From: a virus
Length of the DNA stretch: 64,000 bases
Strand: one strand, 5' to 3'
IMG/VR virus record: IMGVR_UViG_3300042402_007915
Coordinates: 83,226-147,225 of that record
The notes below the pieces were generated by a model. The model saw only the letters and a list, made by a program, of their open reading frames with translations. It searched no databases and was not told where the DNA came from. Of the stretch, positions 29,449 through 38,296 are shown one piece after another (the first letter of the stretch is position 1; every line of letters starts with the position of its first letter). The position numbers and the translations under genes are program-made.

Positions 29449-29912
29449 GCTTTCTTCTCCATCAGCTCAAGGATCCGAGCGTAAGTAATGCTGTTTCTTT
29501 CACTATAAGGTATTTCAAGGAAACAGAAACCCTTGTCCAATGCTGCTCTCTTCTTCAAAGCGTCTCTCTTCTGACCCAAAAGGTACTGACGCTCCGCCTC
29601 GTCGTATTGGACATTACCCCTATTGGTAAACTTATAGTGTTGATCTCCGTGGCACTCTATAATGACACCAAGACCTTCAATGATAAAATCGTACCTATGA
29701 TTGTGGTACGGATATTCTGGGTCGACGTATCTAACATCTACCTCTTGGTAAATACCTAGAGAAGCAATAGGAGAGGCAAGAAGAACCTCCCTAACCTTCT
29801 CGTGGAATAAAGATTGGTTTGGCAAGGTCTTCGCTATCGGAGTAAGAGAAGTCCGCTTAACTGGGTCCCGCAAGTTTGCCCGCCTTGAACTCTGTGAGGG
29901 CGAGGTATCCAC
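29445..29912 (-). CDS. DUF559/Vsr-like endonuclease
   Basis: RYDF...IIECHGDQHY...RD..K...LEIPY. Confidence 0.7.
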   Translation of the reverse strand: MDTSPSQSSRRANLRDPVKRTSLTPIAKTLPNQSLFHEKVREVLLASPIASLGIYQEVDVRYVDPEYPYHNHRYDFIIEGLGVIIECHGDQHYKFTNRGNVQYDEAERQYLLGQKRDALKKRAALDKGFCFLEIPYSERNSITYARILELMEKKA

Positions 29913-30168
29913 GATCCCTCAAGAAGTTGTAGAGATCCTGCCACTCGGCATCGTCTTCAATACGAACGAAGACGGTTTCAGAGTGAACATCGATCTGTTC
30001 GATGTAGGCCTTGTCTCTTCGATGGGCGTGGACAAAAGCAACATACTCCTTGAAGCCTCTGCGTACCGTGGCGAGATGAAGCCACGGTCCCCCTGCAAAG
30101 ATCTTGGGGTTTAAGAGTTGGCGCACATCATTGATGACAATGAAATCTGTACCAAATGAACGGCTCAT
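29857..30168 (-). CDS. Hypothetical protein
   Basis: GGAGGT SD; ORF in operon. Confidence 0.6.
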   Translation of the reverse strand: MSRSFGTDFIVINDVRQLLNPKIFAGGPWLHLATVRRGFKEYVAFVHAHRRDKAYIEQIDVHSETVFVRIEDDAEWQDLYNFLRDRGYLALTEFKAGKLAGPS

Positions 30169-30171
30169 AAC

Positions 30172-30774
30172 TTACCTCCGGGCTCTGTCGCCTGCGGTCC
30201 TATATGTTTTCAAAGCAAAGTTCATACAACAATCCTTATAAGTTTTGTTAAACCAGTCAGCGAACCGATTAGCTTCTTCATCTAAATGCAAGGTGTTGTG
30301 AAGATAACTACGATACAACGTTGCAAAGACATCTATGGCCACTAAGGCCATGCCCCAAAAACTGGAAGACAAAATAGGCTTCAGTACAAAGTCTTGCTTA
30401 TAGAACTCACCGTCCACAACACTCCAGGCTCTGAGAATTGCATGCACTTCTTTAGAGTCTTCAGGAGTCTTGTCCTTAAGGCGATCAAGCTCTGGATCGT
30501 TAAAATACGCTCGGATAGACAACTCTCCGCCTTCCGAAATTGCATCGGCAACAGTAGTTCGCTTATAGACTTCTGAATCGGTCCGTAAGAAGAGACAAGG
30601 GTGCTCCTCCAAGATCTTTGGATTCTTGTACACCCTAATGAGACCGTCTAAGAGTTCTTGATCTGCTAGCGGATAGAGGCTTAGGCAATCCTCTTCTGTC
30701 ATCGAAGGAAGTTCGTAACGGAATTCGGAGCTACCAATCTTCAATCTTACATTCGGCCATATTTTTGACGACAC
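30172..30774 (-). CDS. Hypothetical protein
   Basis: 200-aa ORF in operon. Confidence 0.6.
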   Translation of the reverse strand: MSSKIWPNVRLKIGSSEFRYELPSMTEEDCLSLYPLADQELLDGLIRVYKNPKILEEHPCLFLRTDSEVYKRTTVADAISEGGELSIRAYFNDPELDRLKDKTPEDSKEVHAILRAWSVVDGEFYKQDFVLKPILSSSFWGMALVAIDVFATLYRSYLHNTLHLDEEANRFADWFNKTYKDCCMNFALKTYRTAGDRARR

Positions 30775-30777
30775 TAT

Positions 30778-31512
30778 TCACCTCGTTGGGTAGCAGGTTT
30801 GTTTGAATGGACATGAAAGCTGGCAAGGGTTTAGGGGGAAATGAACTCCAGCTCGTATCCCACGAACAAGATTCGCAAGAACGGCCTTCACTTCTTGGTT
30901 CACTTCTTTGTCTCCTACAACCCGTGAGACAATCTTGCCAAACTTATCAAAGCCAAAGACAAATACTGAAGCTGTATTCCGTGCAAAGTGTTTCTGTCCG
31001 TACTGAGACAGAAGCATTGTCAAGTAGTAAGGTATTAAATCATTAAGCATTGAATGCTCTACCGTGAAGGGAGAGAAGTAAACGCCGATTAATTCCTTGC
31101 TATTTGCTTTACGAAAGATGGCCGATGTTGTCAGCTCGAGAACAGTACCTTCCACTGTGAACCTAAAAGTGTACGGCCCCGCAATGGGGATATACATAGC
31201 AGGACTCACAAGTGCGTAGAAGTCGTTCAGAGCGAACGTCGACTTAGTCTGTAGATCAATCTGCTCTCCCTCAAGGAGATGCTTGTATACGCCTTGAGAG
31301 CGCATTGAAGACTTGAGGTAGGGAATGAAGTTCTGCCTCGGGTTCTCAATATCAAGAAGAAGAGCATCGCAGACCATACGCTCTACAGTCTCTTTGACTA
31401 AAGAGGTGACAACAGGGTACTCAGCCTTACCACCGTAATGGTAAAACTGAGTACACCTGCTGTATGCGCGCAAGTCTTCTTCATTCAGAATTCTGCCCGC
31501 AGTTTCTTTCAC
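30778..31512 (-). CDS. Degenerate Cas4/AddB-like PD-(D/E)xK protein
   Basis: N-terminal Y..C and C-terminal PCQLSCPFKQTC four-Cys pattern; no clear D-(D/E)xK motif. Confidence 0.45.
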   Translation of the reverse strand: MKETAGRILNEEDLRAYSRCTQFYHYGGKAEYPVVTSLVKETVERMVCDALLLDIENPRQNFIPYLKSSMRSQGVYKHLLEGEQIDLQTKSTFALNDFYALVSPAMYIPIAGPYTFRFTVEGTVLELTTSAIFRKANSKELIGVYFSPFTVEHSMLNDLIPYYLTMLLSQYGQKHFARNTASVFVFGFDKFGKIVSRVVGDKEVNQEVKAVLANLVRGIRAGVHFPLNPCQLSCPFKQTCYPTR

Positions 31513-31694
31513 TCCATCATTCTCCAGGTAGACCAGCTACCGTGGACAGGATGTGGCTTTACAAAGACAGTCTTCATGTCTTGAGAACAAGCAGAGCATT
31601 TAGGTGTAGTGCCTCGCTTGATGTAAAGCTCAATAGTTTTGCCATGTTCAGGGCAGGACTCATTCTTGCAGGTATAGTCTTGAAGGATCTTCAT
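31509..31694 (-). CDS. FmdB-like zinc-ribbon protein
   Basis: DYTC....C...E......PKCSAC. Confidence 0.65.
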   Translation of the reverse strand: MKILQDYTCKNESCPEHGKTIELYIKRGTTPKCSACSQDMKTVFVKPHPVHGSWSTWRMME

Positions 31695-31987
31695 TACCAG
31701 ACCTTGTTGGTACCGGCGACTGCCTGCTTTGCTTCGTATGCCTTCTTTACCATAGCGGTTAGGAACTTCAGCTCAACAGTAGCGCCTCGTTCGTTTGCTT
31801 GCTTCAAAGAAATGATCTCATAAGGACAGGTGTTCTTATTGAGTTCATACCGGAAAGCACCCTGGGCATGAAGAATAGTTACAAGCTTATCAATGCTCTT
31901 AGGATTGGGTCCCGATTCCAAGAGGTAAAACATCTTGGTCTCAGGAATATAGACGCCCTGTTGAGCTACGTCATTTGGATGTGTCAT
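31694..31987 (-). CDS. Hypothetical protein
   Basis: GAGGAG SD; coupled ORF. Confidence 0.6.
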   Translation of the reverse strand: MTHPNDVAQQGVYIPETKMFYLLESGPNPKSIDKLVTILHAQGAFRYELNKNTCPYEIISLKQANERGATVELKFLTAMVKKAYEAKQAVAGTNKVW

Positions 31988-31998
31988 TCAATAACTCC

Positions 31999-32859
31999 TC
32001 ACTTGCTGTCTTTCTGAACAATTGTTCTTAGCTTCTGTAAGAATTCAGCTCGTTCACTTGTACTCATTGAAGAATCGAATATCAAGTCTCGGCTCTCTTT
32101 GTCTGGCGGCATATTCTCAAGAGCACCCACAAAGACACCAAGATTGCTAAGAGTCGTCATCTCTTTGGCCGTAAAGGTAATTGCGTTGAGCTGATAGTCC
32201 AAGAAGTCTTGGGCAATAATGGGCCAGTGTTCTTTAATGATTTCAAATACAGCCTGTGCATAGAGACGAATCTCTAGCTGTGCATGCTCATCTAAACGAG
32301 CCTTGAGGAATAAAAGCCAGTCGCCAAGATTGGCTTTAACAAAGAACGTAATGTACTGACCGACAGAAGTAACTGATCGGGCTTGTTCTCTGCAGACCCC
32401 AAGCTCCAAGAGCCTGTTGTAAGCAGAGCGGCAATCCATTTCCGAAGTAGCATGAAGGTACTCGGCCTCCTCATACTTCTCTTCCTCAAGGGAACCGGAA
32501 CCAACCTGCTTGTTAGCACCAGATCCTTGCGAACGGAAACCACCAGTGTCTTGAGGAACCCAAAAGTCCTCACTCAGTACTGAATAGCGGGCGGACTCAA
32601 CATTGAAAATAAAACGGTCATGCCGAACCCACTGATTGAACACAAACATTGGGGCACGAACCTGGAGCTTAAGCTCACACATGCCAAACGGAGAGAAGTG
32701 CTTGTGCCTATGAAGGTAGGATAGGAGACCCCTATCTTCATTTACCGTCTTAGTGCCTCCTTGGTAGGAGGCCCTTGCTGCCTGTGCAACTGCACTATCG
32801 TTTCCCATGTGATCAATACGCCTAACAAAACCCTTACCAATATTGTATTCATTCATCAC
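31999..32859 (-). CDS. thyX: Flavin-dependent thymidylate synthase
   Basis: AARASY, H.SPF, QWVRH...NVESARYS, REQAR, HAQLEIR. Confidence 0.95.
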   Translation of the reverse strand: MMNEYNIGKGFVRRIDHMGNDSAVAQAARASYQGGTKTVNEDRGLLSYLHRHKHFSPFGMCELKLQVRAPMFVFNQWVRHDRFIFNVESARYSVLSEDFWVPQDTGGFRSQGSGANKQVGSGSLEEEKYEEAEYLHATSEMDCRSAYNRLLELGVCREQARSVTSVGQYITFFVKANLGDWLLFLKARLDEHAQLEIRLYAQAVFEIIKEHWPIIAQDFLDYQLNAITFTAKEMTTLSNLGVFVGALENMPPDKESRDLIFDSSMSTSERAEFLQKLRTIVQKDSK

Positions 32860-35330
32860 GCATACTCCGATTCCTCCATAGCTTCTTCGGTGAAATCAAT
32901 CTCGTCAAGATCCTCTAGAAATTGCTTAGCCTCACGACGAGCTGCTTCAATATTGACCTCACGAACAGTGACCGTAGTCTTATCCAAATCGAGGACGAGT
33001 TTGTTCTCTGGAGACTTGAACGAAGTAATCTTGTTCTTGCCGACAAGGATGAAGATACGCGGCTGCTTAACTCCGTCCTTATCTTTCCAGTACACAGTTG
33101 CATGCTCTCCACGGTCATGCAAGTCTTGATAGACATGCATGATTACGTTCGGCCTATAGATCATTGCACGGGCGTCAGCAATATCGTCGTTATCTGGGAA
33201 CCGCATTTGCTCTGGGTTGAGCAGGCCGCCCTTTCTATACTCGACAGTGCCGAAGATACAGCAATGGTACTTAGTAGTCATATTCTTCAAGTCCGTAGCG
33301 ATAGCCTCCATACGCGCAGTCTTTTCCTTCTCTGGGTAAGACGTTACGTTGTGGACGTTGTCAAGGATGACAAGAATCTTCTTGTCTGGATACCTTGAGC
33401 GAAGTACACGCAACTGCCTCTCTAGAGGAGCAAGAGTAGAGCCATCTTCAGAGTCAATAATGACAAGCTTCTCGTTCTCAAGAAGCGAACGGAACATGTC
33501 TGTTGCTCTGTGATAAACCTCCCAGCAACGAGGATCAACAATATTCCGATAAGGATTTGCAGCCTGGTGAATCTTCAAAGGAACGTCTTTCGGACCAGCA
33601 AGGAACGCAGCAACGTTACAGAGAGCACGAGGAGCAACCTGAACATAAGAGTCGTCAGTAAAGTGAAATAGAACAATAGTGTTCGGGTCGTGGACAGCAA
33701 CATCCATACCCAAAGAAACAATAGTGGCGGTCTTGCCACTGTTAGCACGGCCACCCAAGAACATCAAGTTGCCGTCACAGGCGTTCATACCGCCAGAGAG
33801 AGCGGCACCGAACTCTCTGTAGAACGCAAACTGGAACTCAGTAAGGTTCTTATCGTTAACGGTAGACTTGCCTTCCTCCATACTATCGAAGCGAGTGACT
33901 TGGTAAGTAGTACCCGTACTTGCCTTGTCATAGTCCTTGTTAATGGCCTCTAGCTCAAGCTCATGACGAGCAAGAGCCGCAAGGATATTACCTGGATCTG
34001 TAGAAACATTGGCAATGTACTTCTTGGTAGCTGCTTCAATACGCTCATGACGCTCGCGTTCTTTACCGTCACGAATAGTTGCAATGTCTTGCTGAATAGA
34101 AGTAACGCTAACGCCCGTATGCTCGGAGAGCTTAACTGAAAGAAGCTCCCTTCTAACTGCAACAGCTTCCGAAGCAATGAGCGGAATCATAATGGCGCAA
34201 GTATCTTCGTGTGTGGCTTTGTCTGAGATCCGTGAAAGCACCCACTCGAAGGCAGGGGTCATTGCTAGCCCCTGGAAGGGGCCAGAATCCATTTCATTGA
34301 GAGTTGAACAGAACTCCGAACAGTCCTTAGCCTCCGTAGTAGGAGCGTCTACAACGAAGCAGGACAAGCCAGGAGCGAACTTAATCTCGTTAAAGAGAAT
34401 CTTCTGGATAGCAGCTTGGCCAGCAGGATCCCAATCCAAACAAAAGTAGACCTGTTTAATGCCCACAGACTTCAGTAGGTTAAGGTGTTGATTTGTGAAT
34501 GCAACACCACAAATGCCTGCAACGTTATAGATACCTACTCGATGCAATGCAGCTACGTCTCCAGGACCTTCTACAATGTAAAGACCATTCTGCTTAGCCT
34601 TACCAAGAGAAAGGGCCACATCTAATCCGAACAGAGTCTCCTTCTTATGATAGATGGCTGTCTCTGCTGAGTTGATGTACTTGGGCTTACCCTCACCAAG
34701 GTTCCTTGAGATGAAAGCAACTGGCCGTCCACGTTCGTCATTGATCATAAACGAGAAAAAGTTCTCATCTACGAATTTGAAGTCGTTACTCGATAGTGCT
34801 CTGGACTGAAGCAGGTAATTCCTTTCCCAGCCCTTCTCAAGAAGCTCAGACTCAATAATGGAGTAAGGCATTGTGCCCGCAACAATATGGGCGTCAGACC
34901 ACTTACGAGTCTCTAGGTACTCTTCGTTCCTATTGTTAGAAAGAATGCCTGCAATATCTTCAAAGAGGCGGTATAGCTTATGCCTCTCTTTCTCTTCTTC
35001 GGTCAGTGCCGAGAAGGATAGATTGAAGCCAAACATACTTGCCAATGCAGGAAGCGTTTGCTCAAACAAATCGCTTCCAGTCTTTTCAATGCCATTGATT
35101 AACGCATAAGCGTCAAAGATGTCTAAGGAAGCTCCGCAAGCAAAGCAGTGAGCAACTTCATAATTCCGTCGAGGATCCAAATGCATAGAAGGGCTACTAT
35201 CGTCATGTGAAATACATTTGAATTTCTTCTTGGGGAAAGTCTTGAGATCAATCCCCACGATAGGCGAGAGGTACTCAGCCATCCTTGGACGGATGGAAGA
35301 CATAGCCTCTGAAAAGTTGGTTATCCGCAT
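32856..35330 (-). CDS. DNA primase-helicase fusion (CHC2 Zn finger, TOPRIM, DnaB-like)
   Basis: CISHDD..PS...HCFAC; PKYINSAET; VEGPGD; DWDPAG; GRANSGKT; ILDNVH. Confidence 0.9.
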   Translation of the reverse strand: MRITNFSEAMSSIRPRMAEYLSPIVGIDLKTFPKKKFKCISHDDSSPSMHLDPRRNYEVAHCFACGASLDIFDAYALINGIEKTGSDLFEQTLPALASMFGFNLSFSALTEEEKERHKLYRLFEDIAGILSNNRNEEYLETRKWSDAHIVAGTMPYSIIESELLEKGWERNYLLQSRALSSNDFKFVDENFFSFMINDERGRPVAFISRNLGEGKPKYINSAETAIYHKKETLFGLDVALSLGKAKQNGLYIVEGPGDVAALHRVGIYNVAGICGVAFTNQHLNLLKSVGIKQVYFCLDWDPAGQAAIQKILFNEIKFAPGLSCFVVDAPTTEAKDCSEFCSTLNEMDSGPFQGLAMTPAFEWVLSRISDKATHEDTCAIMIPLIASEAVAVRRELLSVKLSEHTGVSVTSIQQDIATIRDGKERERHERIEAATKKYIANVSTDPGNILAALARHELELEAINKDYDKASTGTTYQVTRFDSMEEGKSTVNDKNLTEFQFAFYREFGAALSGGMNACDGNLMFLGGRANSGKTATIVSLGMDVAVHDPNTIVLFHFTDDSYVQVAPRALCNVAAFLAGPKDVPLKIHQAANPYRNIVDPRCWEVYHRATDMFRSLLENEKLVIIDSEDGSTLAPLERQLRVLRSRYPDKKILVILDNVHNVTSYPEKEKTARMEAIATDLKNMTTKYHCCIFGTVEYRKGGLLNPEQMRFPDNDDIADARAMIYRPNVIMHVYQDLHDRGEHATVYWKDKDGVKQPRIFILVGKNKITSFKSPENKLVLDLDKTTVTVREVNIEAARREAKQFLEDLDEIDFTEEAMEESEYA

Positions 35331-35339
35331 GTAGATCCT

Positions 35340-35654
35340 TTAGTTTGCGAAGATTAAAGTTGCTAAGTTAAACGTCTTCAATTCAATGTCCCAGAGGTGA
35401 GTTCCTGGGTTAAACATATGTTCTACAATGTCAATCTGTACCAACGCGCCTTCTTCGAACTTCTCCTTCTCTACGATACAATTCAGATTAGAGTTCATAA
35501 TCAGTTCGGACATCACATTCCCCACAGAAGCTGCATGCTGCATGTGGGTATAAGGGCCGAACGTACTAGTCTCTTCTTTGTTGGTTCTAACATGTAGGAA
35601 GAAGAAGGTCTCGGGTGGCGTATAGAGGTCCGCTACGTCTTCTAGTTGCTCCAA
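35340..35654 (-). CDS. Hypothetical protein
   Basis: AAGGAGGT SD with TTG start. Confidence 0.6.
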   Translation of the reverse strand: MEQLEDVADLYTPPETFFFLHVRTNKEETSTFGPYTHMQHAASVGNVMSELIMNSNLNCIVEKEKFEEGALVQIDIVEHMFNPGTHLWDIELKTFNLATLIFAN

Positions 35655-35666
35655 TGTACCTCCTTT

Positions 35667-36752
35667 TTAGTTTACCTTTGAGCAGGTCTTGGCAAAGTCG
35701 CAATAAGTGCAAGCAAAGTCTGCCACGCTTGGGGGCTTAATGTTGACCTTGGGAGGCAAACCTTCGGCGGCTCTTTCTTGGTTAAGCTTTACTCTAGCTG
35801 AGTAAGATTCCCATTGCTCTCGGTCTGCTTTACGAGTAAGGAGATCCCTTTCGTAAGCCTTGGACAAATCCTCAATGGAATACTCGGCCTTGAAATCTCG
35901 AGGTGGAATAGTCTGCGAAGTAAGATGATCCGCAATATACTTGTATGCTTCAAGAATCTGGCCAATAGTAAAAGGCGCTTCGACCCATTTCCCCTTTGGG
36001 GACAGCGGCTTGTAGAAAACACGAGCTACGTGATCTTCGTCTGGTACCGTTCTAACAAGGTACTCAGCATGCATTCCAGTGCCACGGTCTCCATAGAGCA
36101 GGCGAGAGTCTCCCCAGTTCTGTGGGTCTGGCCAAGTAGTTTTAACATGCCAATCATACAAGGCAATCTGCATTAAGTTGCTGTCTTTGGGGGTGCCAAG
36201 GAGTCCCTTGTTGCGGTTAGCAACACTGCCCAAGGCCTTCTCGCCTCCACGACCATGAACAGACTTGCACTCAGCAATAGTAAGCAAACCGCTATCTGGA
36301 TCGATAGCGACAAGGTCTAGCTTGCCACTAAGGTTGTACTCAGGAAGATAGACGGCACTTTGTGTTGTAACAAAGATCCCAGTCAGCTTCGCCTGTTCAA
36401 TAACATACTGCTCGTATAGCTCACCCTGGGCCCAAATGAATAACATCTCCTCTCGAGGTGATGCTTTCTCTTCAACAAGCTGATGAGACAAAGCTCGTAG
36501 ATCTGGGCTTAGGACCGAAGGTGAGTGGTTGTTTGTATCAACCAGTAGTCTGAAATAAGCTCTGCGTCGACAAGACCCGAGAACCTCGGACTCGCCGTAT
36601 TCATTTACTACGGCGGCCGAGGCTTCGGATGGCCATTGAGTAGGTGCTTTAGAGTCACCCATTTTAGGCCTTGTCAGAGCAAGTGTAATGTGTTCCAGGA
36701 GCGACCAGGAAGATTCGTTAGAATTAGTAGGCACAAGCTCTGAGGTGGCCAT
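35667..36752 (-). CDS. Cas4-like PD-(D/E)xK exonuclease
   Basis: PSEAS..GSCRR, GKLD, ECKS, QIALY, CTYCDFAKTC. Confidence 0.8.
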   Translation of the reverse strand: MATSELVPTNSNESSWSLLEHITLALTRPKMGDSKAPTQWPSEASAAVVNEYGESEVLGSCRRRAYFRLLVDTNNHSPSVLSPDLRALSHQLVEEKASPREEMLFIWAQGELYEQYVIEQAKLTGIFVTTQSAVYLPEYNLSGKLDLVAIDPDSGLLTIAECKSVHGRGGEKALGSVANRNKGLLGTPKDSNLMQIALYDWHVKTTWPDPQNWGDSRLLYGDRGTGMHAEYLVRTVPDEDHVARVFYKPLSPKGKWVEAPFTIGQILEAYKYIADHLTSQTIPPRDFKAEYSIEDLSKAYERDLLTRKADREQWESYSARVKLNQERAAEGLPPKVNIKPPSVADFACTYCDFAKTCSKVN

Positions 36753-36754
36753 TC

Positions 36755-36997
36755 TTAATCGTCCGCCATCTTAACGGCTTCGGCTCTGACCTTGGACTGA
36801 AGGGCTTTCATCTCTGCAATCCGTTCATTTCGGTATGCTTCGAATTCAATTTCAAGTGCAGCTTGGCCCTCTGGAGTATCAGCTCCAGGAAGCTTCTGTA
36901 CTAGAAACTCTGCTAGTAGACCGAGGCTTGTAAGCTCTCGAGTGATTAGCTTGACTCTCTCATCTAAAGAAACAATAACCTTATACAGTTCATCCAT
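36755..36997 (-). CDS. Small helical hypothetical protein
   Basis: AGGAG SD. Confidence 0.6.
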   Translation of the reverse strand: MDELYKVIVSLDERVKLITRELTSLGLLAEFLVQKLPGADTPEGQAALEIEFEAYRNERIAEMKALQSKVRAEAVKMADD

Positions 36998-37009
36998 ATT
37001 TAGCTCCTG

Positions 37010-38296
37010 TTAAAATGCTTTCTTGGGTGGGTTTGAAGATCCAAGCGCGTATACGTTGGAGAAGTTGCGAAGAGTATTTCCCTGTGCGTCTTGCCATAGA
37101 ACAGCATAGCCATTCTGTGAACCGCCGCTATAGGAAAGATGAGGAGTATGTGCGTAATGCATAGGTCCAGCAAAGCAACCCTGCTCCATGATCAAGAGCC
37201 TGTCGTAAACGAACTTAGAAATCTTGTGGGTGTGTCCGATAACAACAGTATCAATTTCCTCTTCGGGATACCTTGAGCTAAAATAGTTGGCGGTCTTGTG
37301 TGCCAAGCTTGCAATGCCGCCCGAACCCCTGGTGTGAGGATGGGCAAAGATTGCTTTACCTACCTTACAGTACCAAGAATCTCGAAGGTCGAAATGCACG
37401 TTGTCGAAGTCATGCTTCTTAACAAGCTTCCCAGCAGCATTGATCTCTTCACCATTTGCAATACGCCCAAGAGCAGAAGGATTGAAATAGCTTACCGTAT
37501 TCTTGTTGATACCGTTCTCAGAGAGTACACGCGCAACGCGGCTTTCGTGATTACCCTCGGTAAGAATAACCTTCTCAAAGTTCTCGCTGCACCACTTCAC
37601 AAGAGCAAAAGCGCAACGGTATTCATCTACAATAGTAATCTCACGACTCTTCGAATAAGAAGAAGCAGAGTATCCCTCAAGGATATCTCCATTCAAGACG
37701 AGAACACTAGCGTCTGTATGGAGGGAAAGAGTCTCCTCAAGGAGATCTACCCTTGCAAACGGGAAGTGAATATCTGAAACGGAGACAATCTTGCGAACAG
37801 GTTCTCCTGTCTCATCCCCAATGGTTACCATTGGGTTGGGGTACTTGTTCTGAATGGTCTCGATCAGATCGAATGCGTTGGTTTCTGACAATGGCGACTC
37901 CTTCTTCGAAGGCTCAGTAGACGTAGCAACTACCGGGGTGGGAATAGGAGTCTTCTTCGTAGGAATGAAGACTCTGCTCGGGCCCTTAAACTGGGCAATG
38001 CGATTACCAGCCCTGTTAACGGGGAACGTATAGTTGGCAGTGTTTCGAATAGCCTCTACAAAGTAGGGGTCATTTCTATGACGGCTATACCAACGAGAGA
38101 TTGCCTTCTCAGAACGCTGGCTTCCAATAGCACGCAGAGCAGCTACGGCCTTGTCCATCGGCTGGTTTTCATCTCCAGTGCCAGCAAGACCAAAGCCATA
38201 CCAGCCCCTTTCCCAGACCTTATACTTCTCTGCGATGAGCATAACAGCAAAGGCCTCGTCATCTGACCAAGGATCGCCGAATTGATGTTTGTTCAT
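37010..38296 (-). CDS. Calcineurin-like metallophosphoesterase with N-terminal HTH-like region
   Basis: SDIH, NGDI, GNHE, GHTH motifs. Confidence 0.85.
   Translation of the reverse strand: MNKHQFGDPWSDDEAFAVMLIAEKYKVWERGWYGFGLAGTGDENQPMDKAVAALRAIGSQRSEKAISRWYSRHRNDPYFVEAIRNTANYTFPVNRAGNRIAQFKGPSRVFIPTKKTPIPTPVVATSTEPSKKESPLSETNAFDLIETIQNKYPNPMVTIGDETGEPVRKIVSVSDIHFPFARVDLLEETLSLHTDASVLVLNGDILEGYSASSYSKSREITIVDEYRCAFALVKWCSENFEKVILTEGNHESRVARVLSENGINKNTVSYFNPSALGRIANGEEINAAGKLVKKHDFDNVHFDLRDSWYCKVGKAIFAHPHTRGSGGIASLAHKTANYFSSRYPEEEIDTVVIGHTHKISKFVYDRLLIMEQGCFAGPMHYAHTPHLSYSGGSQNGYAVLWQDAQGNTLRNFSNVYALGSSNPPKKAF

Noticed and set aside
35667-36752. CRISPR-Cas locus suggested by the Cas4-like gene
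   Set aside because: There are no other cas genes or repeat-spacer array. Solo Cas4-like nucleases are common in phage replication modules.
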